Shown: in pieces, positions 19,229-29,425 of the stretch
Position numbering within the stretch: position 1 is the first letter of the stretch
Layout of the letters: each line of letters begins with the position of its first letter
NCBI GenBank assembly: GCA_016193335.1
Contig: JACPSK010000008.1
Location: 1,589 to 65,588 of the forward strand
DNA: 64,000 nucleotides
Origin: Candidatus Magasanikiibacteriota bacterium
Lineage (GTDB): Bacteria; Patescibacteriota; Patescibacteriia; Magasanikbacterales; UBA922
Direction of reading: 5' to 3'
Translations under genes and position numbers: made by a program
Notes under the pieces: model-generated
Seen by the model: the letters and a program-made list of their open reading frames with translations, nothing else
The model's database searches: none
What the model was told of the DNA's origin: nothing

Positions 19229-19615
19229 TTATGCCGCGGGAGCAGATGGCCCTTCGGCGATTTCTGTGTTTGCGGCTGTCTCTGTCGTAGGCTGCGCTTG
19301 AACTTGTTTGGCTTTCTCAGCTTCCAAGGAAGCTGTTCGTTTTTTTGAAATTCGTATTGATTTCCTTTTTTCTCCGCTCAAAAGCCCCTCTTTTACCAAA
19401 AGATTGAAAATGGTATTGGAACACTCTGCCCCCAAGCCAATCCAATGTTTTATACGATCTTTTTTCAATTCAAGCAACTTGGGTTTTTGAATCGGATTAT
19501 AAAAACCAAGTATTTCAAGACTCTTTGCCTGAGGATCCCGCGTTTTCTCCGAAACAACCAGACGATAACTCGGTTGTTTCCTCTTTCCAAGACGTTGTAA
19601 TCTGATGGTCAACAT
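19229..19615 (-). CDS. rpsP: 30S ribosomal protein S16 with a C-terminal extension
   Basis: MLTIRLQRLGKRKQPSYRLVV...FYNP matches the S16 N-terminus. Confidence 0.9.
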   Translation of the reverse strand: MLTIRLQRLGKRKQPSYRLVVSEKTRDPQAKSLEILGFYNPIQKPKLLELKKDRIKHWIGLGAECSNTIFNLLVKEGLLSGEKRKSIRISKKRTASLEAEKAKQVQAQPTTETAANTEIAEGPSAPAA

Positions 19616-19747
19616 ACATGAACCTGCGTTACTAATTAATCAAATCCTCTTAGGAACCTGGCTCAATCGGGAACCCCAACCAAGCCGGAATACAAAATCC
19701 TGAGAGCCTGCTTCGTGACGGCAAGCGGAAGGAATTCGATACACAAG

Positions 19748-19776
19748 AGTATAGCCAAAAAGTCCAAATCTGTCAA
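19748..19776 (-). promoter_or_regulatory. sigma70-like promoter TTGACA-17-TATACT for rpsP, with a leader of about 125 nt
   Basis: On the minus strand: TTGACA (plus 19771-19776), a 17-nt spacer, TATACT (plus 19748-19753). Confidence 0.5.
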
Positions 19777-19852
19777 TGTCTGAAATTTGAGACAAAAACC
19801 GGTGAAGATTGAACTCTATTAAATGTAAGAATTCAGACAGAAAAGGAAACAG

Positions 19853-20650
19853 CTAAACTTCTATAGTGCCGGAAAAAACCGTTTGCACAGCACCGGTCAT
19901 AATCAATTCCCCTTTCGTATTCTCGGAAATAGCCAAAATTCCTCCTGGCAACAAAACCTTGGCGTTTGCTTCTATATTGTGTATTTTTCTACTTACGGCA
20001 AAAGAAGCGCAAGCCCCTGTGCCGCAAGCCAAGGTTGGACCACAGCCACGCTCCCACACGCGAACCTTTATCGTATCCTTATCTTGGACTTCAACAAATT
20101 CTACATTAATGCCATGAGGAAAATAATCATGCGTCTCTATGTTAGGCCCCACCGATTCCAAAGGAATACTGTCCACTTTGGGAACAAAAGCAACAGCGTG
20201 GGGATTCCCTATTGAAACAAAATGAAAATTAAATCCAAATAAATTAGTGGTTTTCGCGGGAAAATCAGGACTCACAAATGAGGGCTTGCCCATATTCACG
20301 GTATACGCGTTATCTGTGTCCTCCACGCGGACTTGTTTGATGCCGGAACGGGTGTCAACGCGGAGCACCGTATTTTGGTTGCCTATGCGATTTCTAAAAT
20401 AATCAACCGTGCAACGCAGTCCATTCCCGCACATCTCTACCTGGCTTCCGTCGTTATTATAGTAATTCATGTAACAATCAGCATCGCCCCCCCTATGCTC
20501 CAACAAAATCAAGCCATCAGCGCCAATTCCAAAATGGCGGTCGCACAGATATGTTATTTGTTCCTTACTGAGATTCAAAGCCCCATCCATATTCTCAATC
20601 ATAATCATGTCATTCCCTGTCCCATGAATTTTGGTGAATTCAATTTTCAT
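19853..20650 (-). CDS. dapF: diaminopimelate epimerase
   Basis: MKIEFTKIHGTGNDMIMI and two catalytic Cys motifs (CGNGLRC, GACASFAV). ATG at 20650 is preferred; the track start is a TTG at 20710. Confidence 0.85.
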   Translation of the reverse strand: MKIEFTKIHGTGNDMIMIENMDGALNLSKEQITYLCDRHFGIGADGLILLEHRGGDADCYMNYYNNDGSQVEMCGNGLRCTVDYFRNRIGNQNTVLRVDTRSGIKQVRVEDTDNAYTVNMGKPSFVSPDFPAKTTNLFGFNFHFVSIGNPHAVAFVPKVDSIPLESVGPNIETHDYFPHGINVEFVEVQDKDTIKVRVWERGCGPTLACGTGACASFAVSRKIHNIEANAKVLLPGGILAISENTKGELIMTGAVQTVFSGTIEV

Positions 20651-20706
20651 ATCGAATCTCAATTTATTTTTTAACCCGAATCTATACAAGACCAATAGAT
20701 TTTGTC

Positions 20707-21924
20707 TCAATTATAGGCGGAAAATACATCTTCAAAGGTTTGTCTTCTGCGAATAAGTTCTACCTTATCTCTGTCCACGAGCACTTCTGCCGGCAATCCT
20801 CTGAACTGATAATTGCTCGCCATGGACATGCCATAGGCTCCTGCTATATCTATACTCAATAGATCCCCTTCCCGTATCTCGGGCATTTCTCTGTCTTTGG
20901 CAAAAAAATCAGCGCATTCACAGATATTACCCGTGATGTCATATTCGTGTACCATGCCCAAAGCATTGCTGAGATTCCGAATAGGATGATACGAACCATA
21001 CATGGCCACTCGTACCAATTGGTTCATACCGGTGTCAGTGCCAACTATGATCTTTCCGCTAATAGATTGCTTTATGGTATTTACTCGAGTAATCAAGCTG
21101 CCAGCTTGAGCAACTATATAACGCCCCGGCTCAAAACGCAATGTAAGATCTCTGCCGTATAAAGCGCAAAAAGATTTAAATCGTTTATCCACTGACATAC
21201 CCAAAGTCTGAAGATCAAGAGATTTTTGGCCGGGTTTGTAAGGTACACCAAAGCCGCCACCGACATCCACAAATTCGAGATCTGGAAATTGTGCTGCTAT
21301 ATCCAATATAACGTCGAGAGCCAAGAGAGGTTCTTCCAGGGCTAACCAACCAGAACCTATATGTTGATGCACGCCAATCACTTGCAAGCCATAATATCTT
21401 GTCATCTCCAAAACACCTGACACATCTTTAAAAGAAATGCCAAATTTTGAATCAGGCCCTCCGGTAATATTGCTATCATGAGAAGCAGAACCAACATTTG
21501 GATTAAAACGAACGCAGACTTTGCTCCCCGGATAGGCTCTTCCATATTTCTCAAGCCGAGAGAGAGAACCGATATTCAAAAGAACACCGCTCTTTTGAAC
21601 CTCATGCATCTCAAAATCTGTCATGTTATTTTCCGTGCACATCAGACGTTCTTTGGGGCAAGCAGAGACAAGACCAAGTTTAACCTCTTCTGGTGACACC
21701 GCGTCCACTCCGCAACCCAAGCTTATTATCTCTTTCAAAATACGCGGGTTATAGTTTGCTTTCACCGCATACAAAAATTCGGTCTTGGGATACAGACCCA
21801 TATAACTCTGCAAATCTTTTATCCTTCTTCTTATGAGATTCAAATCATACACATACACAGGCGTCCCAAAACGCTCTGCGATATTCTCGACAATATGAGT
21901 ATCTATTACGTCAAAATCAGGCAT
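20707..21924 (-). CDS. lysA: diaminopimelate decarboxylase
   Basis: PLP fold-III decarboxylase with YAVKANYNP, GGGFGVPY and EPGRYIVAQAG motifs. Confidence 0.85.
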   Translation of the reverse strand: MPDFDVIDTHIVENIAERFGTPVYVYDLNLIRRRIKDLQSYMGLYPKTEFLYAVKANYNPRILKEIISLGCGVDAVSPEEVKLGLVSACPKERLMCTENNMTDFEMHEVQKSGVLLNIGSLSRLEKYGRAYPGSKVCVRFNPNVGSASHDSNITGGPDSKFGISFKDVSGVLEMTRYYGLQVIGVHQHIGSGWLALEEPLLALDVILDIAAQFPDLEFVDVGGGFGVPYKPGQKSLDLQTLGMSVDKRFKSFCALYGRDLTLRFEPGRYIVAQAGSLITRVNTIKQSISGKIIVGTDTGMNQLVRVAMYGSYHPIRNLSNALGMVHEYDITGNICECADFFAKDREMPEIREGDLLSIDIAGAYGMSMASNYQFRGLPAEVLVDRDKVELIRRRQTFEDVFSAYN

Positions 21925-22058
21925 AGAAAGACTTTTTTATTGGCCCTTTACATGAACTGTATCATATGATGATGAACAATTCTCGTAAAGTGCCAGGCGA
22001 ACGCGAAAAACGCTCGCCAAGGCCTCCCGAAAGAACAGGTGACAAGAGCTCTCTCCCC

Positions 22059-23510
22059 TTAACCGAAAAGCTCCTGATGGATGGCCACGTAGGCTCTTTC
22101 GTAATCTTGGGTAGCAACCCCGACCACGAATCCCACACGCGAACCGCCCACGTCCATATGATGGACCGAAGCTATGCCGGCTCTCCCCAGAGCGCCGAAA
22201 ACACGCCCAAGGATGTCCACGTTGCCTGCGGACAAACGTTCGCCCGTAACCAGGATAATCGAGAGCCCGCCCTCGATCCCAAACTTCTCCGGAGCGAATC
22301 GTTTCCTGATTGCTCTTTCAAAGAGCAAACGGCGAGAGGAATCCTCGAGCAAGTCCTCCCCGTGCACCGAGACCATCACGGCGTCTCTGCCTGTCGCCAC
22401 GTCTGAGATAGACAGACCATAGGCCGCGACCGTGGCACAGATAAGCTCGAGGCCTCCTGCCGCCACGTCAAAACCATCCTTAACGAGGTTGACGGCTGTA
22501 AGCCCTGTCACCCCGTTCATCAAGGTAACGACCGAGCCTTCGGCGTCTCCTTTGGGCACGATCCATGTCCCTGGCGCCTCAAGCTCGTCACAGCTTGCGA
22601 TGTGGATTTTCAGCCCGGGCTTCAAACGATGCACAGCGCTGATCGCGTCGGCATGGAGCGGTTGGGCGCCTGCTTCGCGCAGAACTCTGTGCCACATCGT
22701 TCCAATGGTACGAGGCTGAATGCCATACCTCCGCAAGAGCTCCGGATCTCCGGTGAAGACGCCCTGGACAGCCTTGCGTACTTCAAGCACTCCCACCTGG
22801 TCAAGCGCGCAGGCCACTATGGCGGCCGTCACGTCTGTCCCGCCAAAAGGCAAGAGGCGGTGTAGAGGCTGGGCGTCTGGGACGCTCCCCACACGGTCCA
22901 CGCCCACAAAGCCGGCCATCACAAAAGGTATCCCTCGTTTCAAACGGGCAAAAACGTTTCGAACATTGGCCTGGCAGCTCCGCCAATCCGGTATACCGTC
23001 TGCGCCAACCTCTATAGTTTCGTAGGCACTGAGAATCGGGTATCCGAGCCAGCGATGCAAAAGCTCGGTCATCATGCACTCACCAGAACCCACGGCAAAA
23101 GCCTCTGAGCCCGGTAGAGAAGCCTCGAGCTTGGCATCAATCTGAGCGCGCTGTCTTGAGAGTACGAGAAGTACTCTTTCAGGATCAAGAAGACCCCGGA
23201 AAGCAGCGCTGTAGAGATTCTCAATCAAAGTCCACAAGGTGTCTCTTGTAAAGGTGAAAGGACCATGTTCTTTATTGATCCCGTCGAAATCCTTGTTTTT
23301 GATGCCCGCGTTTGGAGATCTCAACAGTACGAGATTCACATACATGAGCAACAAAGGAGTAGCTCTGAGACCGTTTCTCGCAGGCGCAGAAGTTACGATC
23401 CCAATGTACGCAGAATCTCCTTCAGCACCCTCAACCAACCGCCGCAGAGCTTCCAAACGCTCCGGGAAACCGGCCACCTCACCACCGATCTTAAGAATTC
23501 GTGCCCCCAC
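22059..23510 (-). CDS. lysC: aspartate kinase-like amino-acid kinase with C-terminal ACT domains; GC-rich relative to neighbours
   Basis: Amino-acid-kinase core (LPFGGTDVTAAIVACALD...TGDPELL) and an ACT-like C-terminus (ILVTGERLSAGNVDILGRVFGALGRAGIASVHHMDV). GTG start. Local GC is about 60% against about 45% in flanking genes. Confidence 0.55.
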   Translation of the reverse strand: MGARILKIGGEVAGFPERLEALRRLVEGAEGDSAYIGIVTSAPARNGLRATPLLLMYVNLVLLRSPNAGIKNKDFDGINKEHGPFTFTRDTLWTLIENLYSAAFRGLLDPERVLLVLSRQRAQIDAKLEASLPGSEAFAVGSGECMMTELLHRWLGYPILSAYETIEVGADGIPDWRSCQANVRNVFARLKRGIPFVMAGFVGVDRVGSVPDAQPLHRLLPFGGTDVTAAIVACALDQVGVLEVRKAVQGVFTGDPELLRRYGIQPRTIGTMWHRVLREAGAQPLHADAISAVHRLKPGLKIHIASCDELEAPGTWIVPKGDAEGSVVTLMNGVTGLTAVNLVKDGFDVAAGGLELICATVAAYGLSISDVATGRDAVMVSVHGEDLLEDSSRRLLFERAIRKRFAPEKFGIEGGLSIILVTGERLSAGNVDILGRVFGALGRAGIASVHHMDVGGSRVGFVVGVATQDYERAYVAIHQELFG

Positions 23511-23860
23511 TGTTAATCTCCCTTCGTGAAAGTGAAGTCCGCCTGCACAGGCGCCTGGCCAGAACCAGGATACGCTCCCTCAAGCCGGCCGACCCTCCGG
23601 TACTGAGAAGGACCGGTCTGAATGTAAGCATCTCCGCTCACTACGACCTCCTTGCCTTGAACCCGAAGGTCTCGACGTTGGACAAAGAGCCTACAGCCAG
23701 TCTCTTCCCCCTGGTTCAGTCGCCAGCCGCCAAAACAAAGCATGGTCAGAGAGCCAGAATCAAAATCGCGCCGCTCAGGAAAAGCCGTTATCCTCATCTT
23801 GCTGTTTCTCCCTCTAGGTGTGTTGTCCGCAGGCCCCTGTGGCCACAAAGCCACAGAAGA
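23511..23860 (-). promoter_or_regulatory. GC-rich leader upstream of lysC; candidate lysine riboswitch (the overlapping 128-aa ORF is doubtful)
   Basis: The minus-strand leader contains TAGAGGGAGAAACAGCAAGATGAGG, which resembles the L-box 5' consensus UAGAGGUGCGAACUUCAAGAGUAUG, and a GAGCGGCGCGA element. Not verified. Confidence 0.25.
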
Positions 23861-24060
23861 TGCTGACAACAAAAATCCCCCGTTGTATCGAGGGATCATG
23901 TTTTAGTACAAAAAACACTAACCCTCAGGGAGGATTTTGCCGTTCTTCTTAGCTTCATTCTGTGTGGAACAATTATTCATAAACAAAACAATAGTATCAT
24001 GATACTTCCCTAAGTCAAGTTTCATTTATCCACTCCGCAACGCATTGCTCCGCGCTCGGA

Positions 24061-27000
24061 TTATTTGTCCAGGCTCACACTCAAGAGTTTGCTGACGCCA
24101 TCATTGCCCATACTTACGCCATAGAGCGCGTCTGCCGCGTGCATGGTGGCTCTATTGTGAGTAATCAAAATAAACTGGGATTGGCCTGACAGCTCTTTCA
24201 AAATAGTGGTAAATCGCAAAGTGTTGGCTTCGTCTAAAGCGGCCTCGACTTCGTCAAAAAGCACAAAAGGAGGAGGATTAATATGCAATATGGCGCAGAC
24301 GAGAGCTATGGATGTCAAAGTTCTCTCTCCGCCAGAAAGGGCGGCTATATGCTCTATCTTTTTACCAGGAGGAGAAGCCACGACGTCTATGCCCCGCAAT
24401 ATTTTTTTCTTGCGCCTTGCTTCCGGTTCTTCTGAAAGCACGGCGGTCTCTTGACCGGAATTCTCTTCCTCTTCAATGCCATAAACTTCAACAAGATCGG
24501 CTTTCCCGCCCTCAAATAAAAGTTTAAAATATCGCTCAAATTCTTTTTTTATCTTTTTAAACGATTCGCTGTGTCGTTTTTTCATCAAAGTATCAAGCTC
24601 GGCAAGCAAGAGCTCCATGTCTCCCGAAGCTCTTTTAAGATCATTCAATTCAGTGTGCAAATGTTCATATTTTTCTTTGGTCTCCATGTATTCCTGCAAA
24701 ACCTCCTCATCTATGCCCCCAATCAAACTCAAATTATATTTGAGCTTCTCTATTTCAACTTTAGCCTGATCCAATTCCTCAGAACCTAAAGGCTCTTCAA
24801 TCTTAGAACGTATCTGTTCCACCGCTGTCTTGAGCTCATGGTAAAGTTCTTCTTCCATGTCTTCTCTCCTTGTCTGTAATTTTGCCAATTCAACCCGCAC
24901 TTCATTCTTTTCATTCGATATTCGATTGAGATTATTCTGCACGCTTTGCATAGCTTCCTGCAAATCAAAAACGCGTTTGCGTTTTTTTTCCTGAAGCTCA
25001 TTAAATTTTTTCATTTCCAGACGAAATTTTTCAATCTCAAAATCAAAATCGTCTATTTTCAGAGAGATTTCATCTTTTCGCAGAGAAAGTTCCTTCATCA
25101 TGTCATCATATTGTTCAGGACCGAGTTGTTGTAGAGACAATTCCTGTTCAAACTGAGACAAACTCTTGAGAATTTCTTGCTGTTTGAGTGAGAGAGAAGC
25201 CGCTTCATGCTCTTTAACTCCCTTTTGTGTTTGGATTTCCAATAATTCATCCTGTTTCAAACCCCGCTCTTCATCGATCCGGGCTATACTTTTTCTTAAT
25301 TCTTGCAAATGTTCTTCTGTGTCCTTTTCTCCAAGCAGCATGTTCTTGGCCTCAGTAGAAAAACTGAGCGTGTACATGGTCTTTTGTCTAAACCCGCCAC
25401 GCATAGAACCTCCCGCGCTCATCATGTCCCCGTCAAGCGTAACCATGCGCATGCGGCCTATGCCCAATCTTCGCGCAGTAGCCACATCATCCACCACCAC
25501 GGTAGACCCAAACACATACGAAAAAATATGCTCAAAAACAGGATCAAATTCAATGAGTTCAAGGGCCAAGCCGCGCACGCCCGGCTCAGACAGCACACGA
25601 GCGATATCTTGCGGAATGGGGCGAGCGCGTATCGTGTTAAGAGGCAAAAAAGTGGCTGTGCCAAGCTGATGTTTTTTTAAAAAAGAAATGGCAGAGTCGG
25701 CGACAGCGTCACTTTCAACAACCAGAGATGTCATATGATGGCCAGCCGCGATTTCGAGGGCTCGCTGAAAGCGTTCTGCCACCCGTCCCAATTCCGCGAC
25801 CATGCCATATACGCGTCCGCCAAAAGACGCATGGTTCTGTAAAATCGCTTCAACGGCCCTATAACCTGATTTCGGCAATAAGCGATCACTTTGGTCCCCT
25901 TCGAAGACGCGTTTTTCAATCTCAAGAATCTTTCGCTGGGTCTGCAATTTTTTCTCTTCCCATTCAGACAACTCATGTCGAAGCTCGCTGCGTTTAGTTT
26001 CAAGAAACGTAATTGAATTTTTGAGTTCAGCCCAATCCTGGTCACCTTTATTTTTTTCGAGCTTGTATTTTTCACTTTGCTCTTCAAGCCAGGCGATATT
26101 TTGCTTACCCGCTTTTGAATATTCGGTATGTAGCTTACCCGCCAAAACAGCGCGTTCACGCTCACATTCATTTTTTTGTTCAAGCAAGTCCTGGTAGCCC
26201 CGCTGTAAAAGTTCAAATTGCTCCTGCCGCGAGGCCTCCTGCGCCAAAGCCGCCAGCTCTGTTTGAATTTCATCCAAAATCTTATGTTCGGCCGCGTACT
26301 GTCCTTCAAAAATACTCTTGCGTTGAGATATCTGCTCTATGTTCTTTTCTATATTCAAAAATAAAGTTACATAATACTGTTCCTGAATATCTCTCAACCG
26401 AATTTCCACGTCTTTCCTCTGCTCCAATTTCTTTACCTGACGCTTCAAAGAGCGCATGCGAGGCTCCACTTCGAGAAGAAGCATATCGGCCTGGGCTATA
26501 TGTTCGGCCGTCCGATTCAACTTGAGGAGAGCTTGGTGTCTCTTGATCTGAAATTCTTTTATACCCACCGCTTCGTCAAAAAACTGTTTTCTTTCAGCCG
26601 CTGTCTGGACCAAAAGCTGGGTTATCATGCCCTGCCCTATCACTGAATAAGAACTCTGGCCAAATTGTGCCTGAGCCAGCATAAGCTGTAAATCAAACAA
26701 ACGAACCACAGCGCCATTGATGAGGTACTCATTTTCTCCGTTACGATAGACTTTGCGTGTTATCACCAGCTCTTCATAATCCATGCCCGCTCTCTTCTCG
26801 CTGTTGTCAAGAGTCACCGACACGCTCGCCATGCCCAATCTGCCCTTATATTCAGAGCCTCCAAATATAACATCTTCACTTTTTTTACCCCTCAATTGTT
26901 TCAAACTTTGTTCCCCCAAAACCCAACGTATGGCATCAGCGACATTGCTTTTTCCGCTCCCATTCGGGCCCACAATAGCCGTAATACTAAAAGAACCCTT

Positions 27001-27078
27001 TTGGGGGGGTGGAAATTCGATAAGCGTACTTTGAGCAAAAGATTTGAATCCTTGCAATTCTATGCTTTTAAGAAACAT
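24061..27078 (-). CDS. smc: chromosome partition protein SMC
   Basis: Walker A GPNGSGKSN at the N-terminus, long coiled coils, a hinge, and a C-terminal ABC signature with LSGGERTLTSIALVCAILHINPPPFVLFDEVEAALD. Confidence 0.9.
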   Translation of the reverse strand: MFLKSIELQGFKSFAQSTLIEFPPPQKGSFSITAIVGPNGSGKSNVADAIRWVLGEQSLKQLRGKKSEDVIFGGSEYKGRLGMASVSVTLDNSEKRAGMDYEELVITRKVYRNGENEYLINGAVVRLFDLQLMLAQAQFGQSSYSVIGQGMITQLLVQTAAERKQFFDEAVGIKEFQIKRHQALLKLNRTAEHIAQADMLLLEVEPRMRSLKRQVKKLEQRKDVEIRLRDIQEQYYVTLFLNIEKNIEQISQRKSIFEGQYAAEHKILDEIQTELAALAQEASRQEQFELLQRGYQDLLEQKNECERERAVLAGKLHTEYSKAGKQNIAWLEEQSEKYKLEKNKGDQDWAELKNSITFLETKRSELRHELSEWEEKKLQTQRKILEIEKRVFEGDQSDRLLPKSGYRAVEAILQNHASFGGRVYGMVAELGRVAERFQRALEIAAGHHMTSLVVESDAVADSAISFLKKHQLGTATFLPLNTIRARPIPQDIARVLSEPGVRGLALELIEFDPVFEHIFSYVFGSTVVVDDVATARRLGIGRMRMVTLDGDMMSAGGSMRGGFRQKTMYTLSFSTEAKNMLLGEKDTEEHLQELRKSIARIDEERGLKQDELLEIQTQKGVKEHEAASLSLKQQEILKSLSQFEQELSLQQLGPEQYDDMMKELSLRKDEISLKIDDFDFEIEKFRLEMKKFNELQEKKRKRVFDLQEAMQSVQNNLNRISNEKNEVRVELAKLQTRREDMEEELYHELKTAVEQIRSKIEEPLGSEELDQAKVEIEKLKYNLSLIGGIDEEVLQEYMETKEKYEHLHTELNDLKRASGDMELLLAELDTLMKKRHSESFKKIKKEFERYFKLLFEGGKADLVEVYGIEEEENSGQETAVLSEEPEARRKKKILRGIDVVASPPGKKIEHIAALSGGERTLTSIALVCAILHINPPPFVLFDEVEAALDEANTLRFTTILKELSGQSQFILITHNRATMHAADALYGVSMGNDGVSKLLSVSLDK

Positions 27079-27115
27079 AAGAAAAGCCGCTAAAGCTTAC
27101 AATAGTATAACACTC

Positions 27116-27144
27116 TTGACAGTGCCCTGCAATCCTAGTATAGT
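27116..27144 (+). promoter_or_regulatory. sigma70-like promoter TTGACA-17-TATAGT for nrnA
   Basis: TTGACA at 27116-27121, a 17-nt spacer, TATAGT at 27139-27144. Confidence 0.5.
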
Positions 27145-27200
27145 GTGTGGTTCTGGGTACTCTAAAATAGGATAATCCGGAATCATCACGATTTACATCT

Positions 27201-28205
27201 ATGCCTCATAGAACAGCAAAAAAAATACACAAAGCCATCCAAGAAGCAGAAAAAATAATGATCATCCCTCATCAGAATCCTGATGGAGACGCCATCGGTT
27301 CTGCCACGGCTCTGGCACATTATTTGGAAGCTATCAAAAAGCCATACGCTATTTTTTGCAGTACAGAAATTCCAAAAAATCTTCATTTTCTTACTGATAA
27401 TTGCATCGTACGTTTGGATAAAGAAATCTGGGATGAAAACTTCTCTACCCTGATAGTAGTGGACGCGGGAGATCTGGAGTACGCGGGAGTCAGCCGGTAT
27501 CTGGAACGAAAAAATCCCAAACCTTTTATTATAGGCATAGACCACCACGCCACCAACCGGGGCTACGGGGACTTGAATCTCGTAATAGAAAAAGCCTCGT
27601 CCACCACCGAGATCCTTTATCTTTTCTTTAAAACAAACAAAATCGAAATTTCACCTGAAATGGCCACCTCTCTCATGACTGGTCTTATAACTGACACGGG
27701 AAATTTTTCAAATTCAGGCACTTCAAAACAAGCTCTCCATGTCGCAAGCGATCTTGCCAGAAAGAGGGCCCATGTCATGAATATACGCGATAACATTTTA
27801 AAAAATAAATCCATAAACACGCTCAAACTCTGGGGTCTCGCTTTGTCCAGACTCAGTATTCATCCAGAGCACCATATCGCGTATACCTACCTGAGCCAAA
27901 ACGATATACTTCAACATGAAGTTACTGAGGAAGAAGTAGAAGGTATAGCGAACCTTCTCAATGACCTAAACGAAGGCCACGCCTCTCTCATATTTAAAGA
28001 AAAAAAAGGAGGAGCGGTAAAGGGAAGTTTGCGAACTACAAAAGACAATGTTGATGTTTCTATGATAGCCAAAGCCTTCGGCGGAGGCGGACACAAAAAA
28101 GCATCGGGCTTTACCATTGAGCATCCTCTCGAAGAAGCAATAGAACATTTTTTCCGAACCTTAAGTGTCAAACAACTGGCATTTGTGAAAGAAGAAACGC
28201 TTTGA
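27201..28205 (+). CDS. nrnA: DHH/DHHA1 phosphoesterase (NrnA-like oligoribonuclease/pAp phosphatase)
   Basis: DHH motifs (HQNPDGDAIGS, VVDAGD, GIDHHATN) and a DHHA1 GGGH motif. Confidence 0.8.
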   Translation: MPHRTAKKIHKAIQEAEKIMIIPHQNPDGDAIGSATALAHYLEAIKKPYAIFCSTEIPKNLHFLTDNCIVRLDKEIWDENFSTLIVVDAGDLEYAGVSRYLERKNPKPFIIGIDHHATNRGYGDLNLVIEKASSTTEILYLFFKTNKIEISPEMATSLMTGLITDTGNFSNSGTSKQALHVASDLARKRAHVMNIRDNILKNKSINTLKLWGLALSRLSIHPEHHIAYTYLSQNDILQHEVTEEEVEGIANLLNDLNEGHASLIFKEKKGGAVKGSLRTTKDNVDVSMIAKAFGGGGHKKASGFTIEHPLEEAIEHFFRTLSVKQLAFVKEETL

Positions 28206-28261
28206 TATACTAAAAATATAAACCCTACCGAAGTTCTTAAACTCACAAAAGATAAAAATAT

Positions 28262-28885
28262 ATGACCATAATCAGAGAAACAATAGGCTACGCGCCCGAA
28301 ATCAAATCCCAATATCTTATTCCAACAGTGATAGAAAAAACCTCCCATGGAGAGCGGGCCTACGATATTTATTCTCGTTTGCTCAAGGACCGCATTATCT
28401 TCCTTGGCACTGCCATAGATGATGCCGTGGCAAACACGGTTATTGCCCAGCTTCTATTTCTAGAGAACCAAGATCCTGAAAAAGACATAAAACTCTACAT
28501 CAATTCACCCGGCGGCTCGGTAACTTCCGGACTCGCGATTTACGACACCATGCAATATATAAAACCTCATGTGTCCACCATTTGCGTGGGGCTCGCGGCA
28601 AGCATGGGTTCTGTGCTTCTCGCGGCAGGAGAAAAAGGCAAACGTTTTTGTTTGCCAAACAGCGAGGTGATGATCCACCAGGTCCTCGGAGGCACCCAAG
28701 GACAAGCGAGTGACATCAAAATCCACGCGGAACGAATTCTAAAAATAAAAGACCGTTTGAATCAAATCCTGGCAAAACATACAAGCCAACCCATGCCGAC
28801 CATTGAAAAAGACAGCGACCGCGACAATTTCATGAGCGCGGAAGAAGCAGTGCGTTACGGCATCGCCGACAAAGTGATTTCATAA
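28262..28885 (+). CDS. clpP: ATP-dependent Clp protease proteolytic subunit
   Basis: [39 protein letters not shown] with the catalytic Ser-His-Asp context. Confidence 0.9.
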   Translation: MTIIRETIGYAPEIKSQYLIPTVIEKTSHGERAYDIYSRLLKDRIIFLGTAIDDAVANTVIAQLLFLENQDPEKDIKLYINSPGGSVTSGLAIYDTMQYIKPHVSTICVGLAASMGSVLLAAGEKGKRFCLPNSEVMIHQVLGGTQGQASDIKIHAERILKIKDRLNQILAKHTSQPMPTIEKDSDRDNFMSAEEAVRYGIADKVIS

Positions 28886-28908
28886 AAAAACAAAAAACAT
28901 AGATAACA

Positions 28909-28946
28909 AAACCCCGTGGGCCGAAACCGGCACACGGGGTTGTTTT
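28909..28946 (+). terminator. intrinsic terminator downstream of clpP
   Basis: CCCCGTG...CACGGGG stem followed by TTGTTTT. Confidence 0.5.
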
Positions 28947-29112
28947 AGTTTAGGATAGTTCCTAACCCGTACCCAAGAAGGTGTATCCGAGGAAAAGACG
29001 AGCCGAAGCCTGTACTTCCCTTTGATACACCCCCATGCTTGTCGTGGATACAGGAATGTAAGCGGGTAAATCACAATACAATATTGTACCACACATACAT
29101 TTCTATATCCTC

Positions 29113-29150
29113 GTCTTGCCCGGCTATGCCAGGTCTTGCCCGGCTATGCC
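29113..29150. repeat. tandem 18-bp direct repeat GTCTTGCCCGGCTATGCC x2 in a non-coding convergent spacer
   Basis: Exact copies at 29113-29130 and 29133-29150. A flanking 13-nt repeat TCGTGGATACAGG occurs at 29042-29054 and 29154-29166. Confidence 0.6.
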
Positions 29151-29393
29151 GGCTCGTGGATACAGGGGCGTGTATACGTAACGACAATCTCTAACCTATA
29201 CACATACTCTGGATCCAACGCCGCTCTCAAAAGAAAATAACACGTCGCTGTATCGTTAAATATCTTGGAAATCGCGAATTCATGCTGAGGCTCTGTTTGG
29301 ATTTTATCCAAACTGCCATATTCCTTGTTTTGTGCGGACTCGCAATAATACCGCATTCTGCACATTTTGTCAAGTACTCTGCCCGGGGAAATA

Positions 29394-29425
29394 CAAAAAT
29401 TTAGCTAAAATTAGCTAAATTTTTG
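29394..29425. terminator. AT-rich 14-bp perfect hairpin just downstream of the VanW-like gene stop
   Basis: CAAAAATTTAGCTA-AAAT-TAGCTAAATTTTTG lies 14 nt past the stop at 29438-29440 on the minus strand. Confidence 0.35.

Noticed and set aside
19616-19852. A 237-nt gap upstream of rpsP containing CGGAAGGAA, considered as a possible SRP/4.5S-like ncRNA.
   Set aside because: On the minus strand it resolves into a perfect TTGACA-17-TATACT promoter plus a roughly 125-nt rpsP leader. The resemblance to the SRP domain IV consensus is only a hexamer.
23501-23866. A plus-strand 121-aa Arg/Pro-rich ORF and the minus-strand 128-aa ORF (23513-23899) over the lysC leader.
   Set aside because: Both lie in a 60% GC segment where long spurious ORFs are expected. 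The composition is low-complexity R/P/G-rich. The region is better explained as a leader or possible riboswitch.
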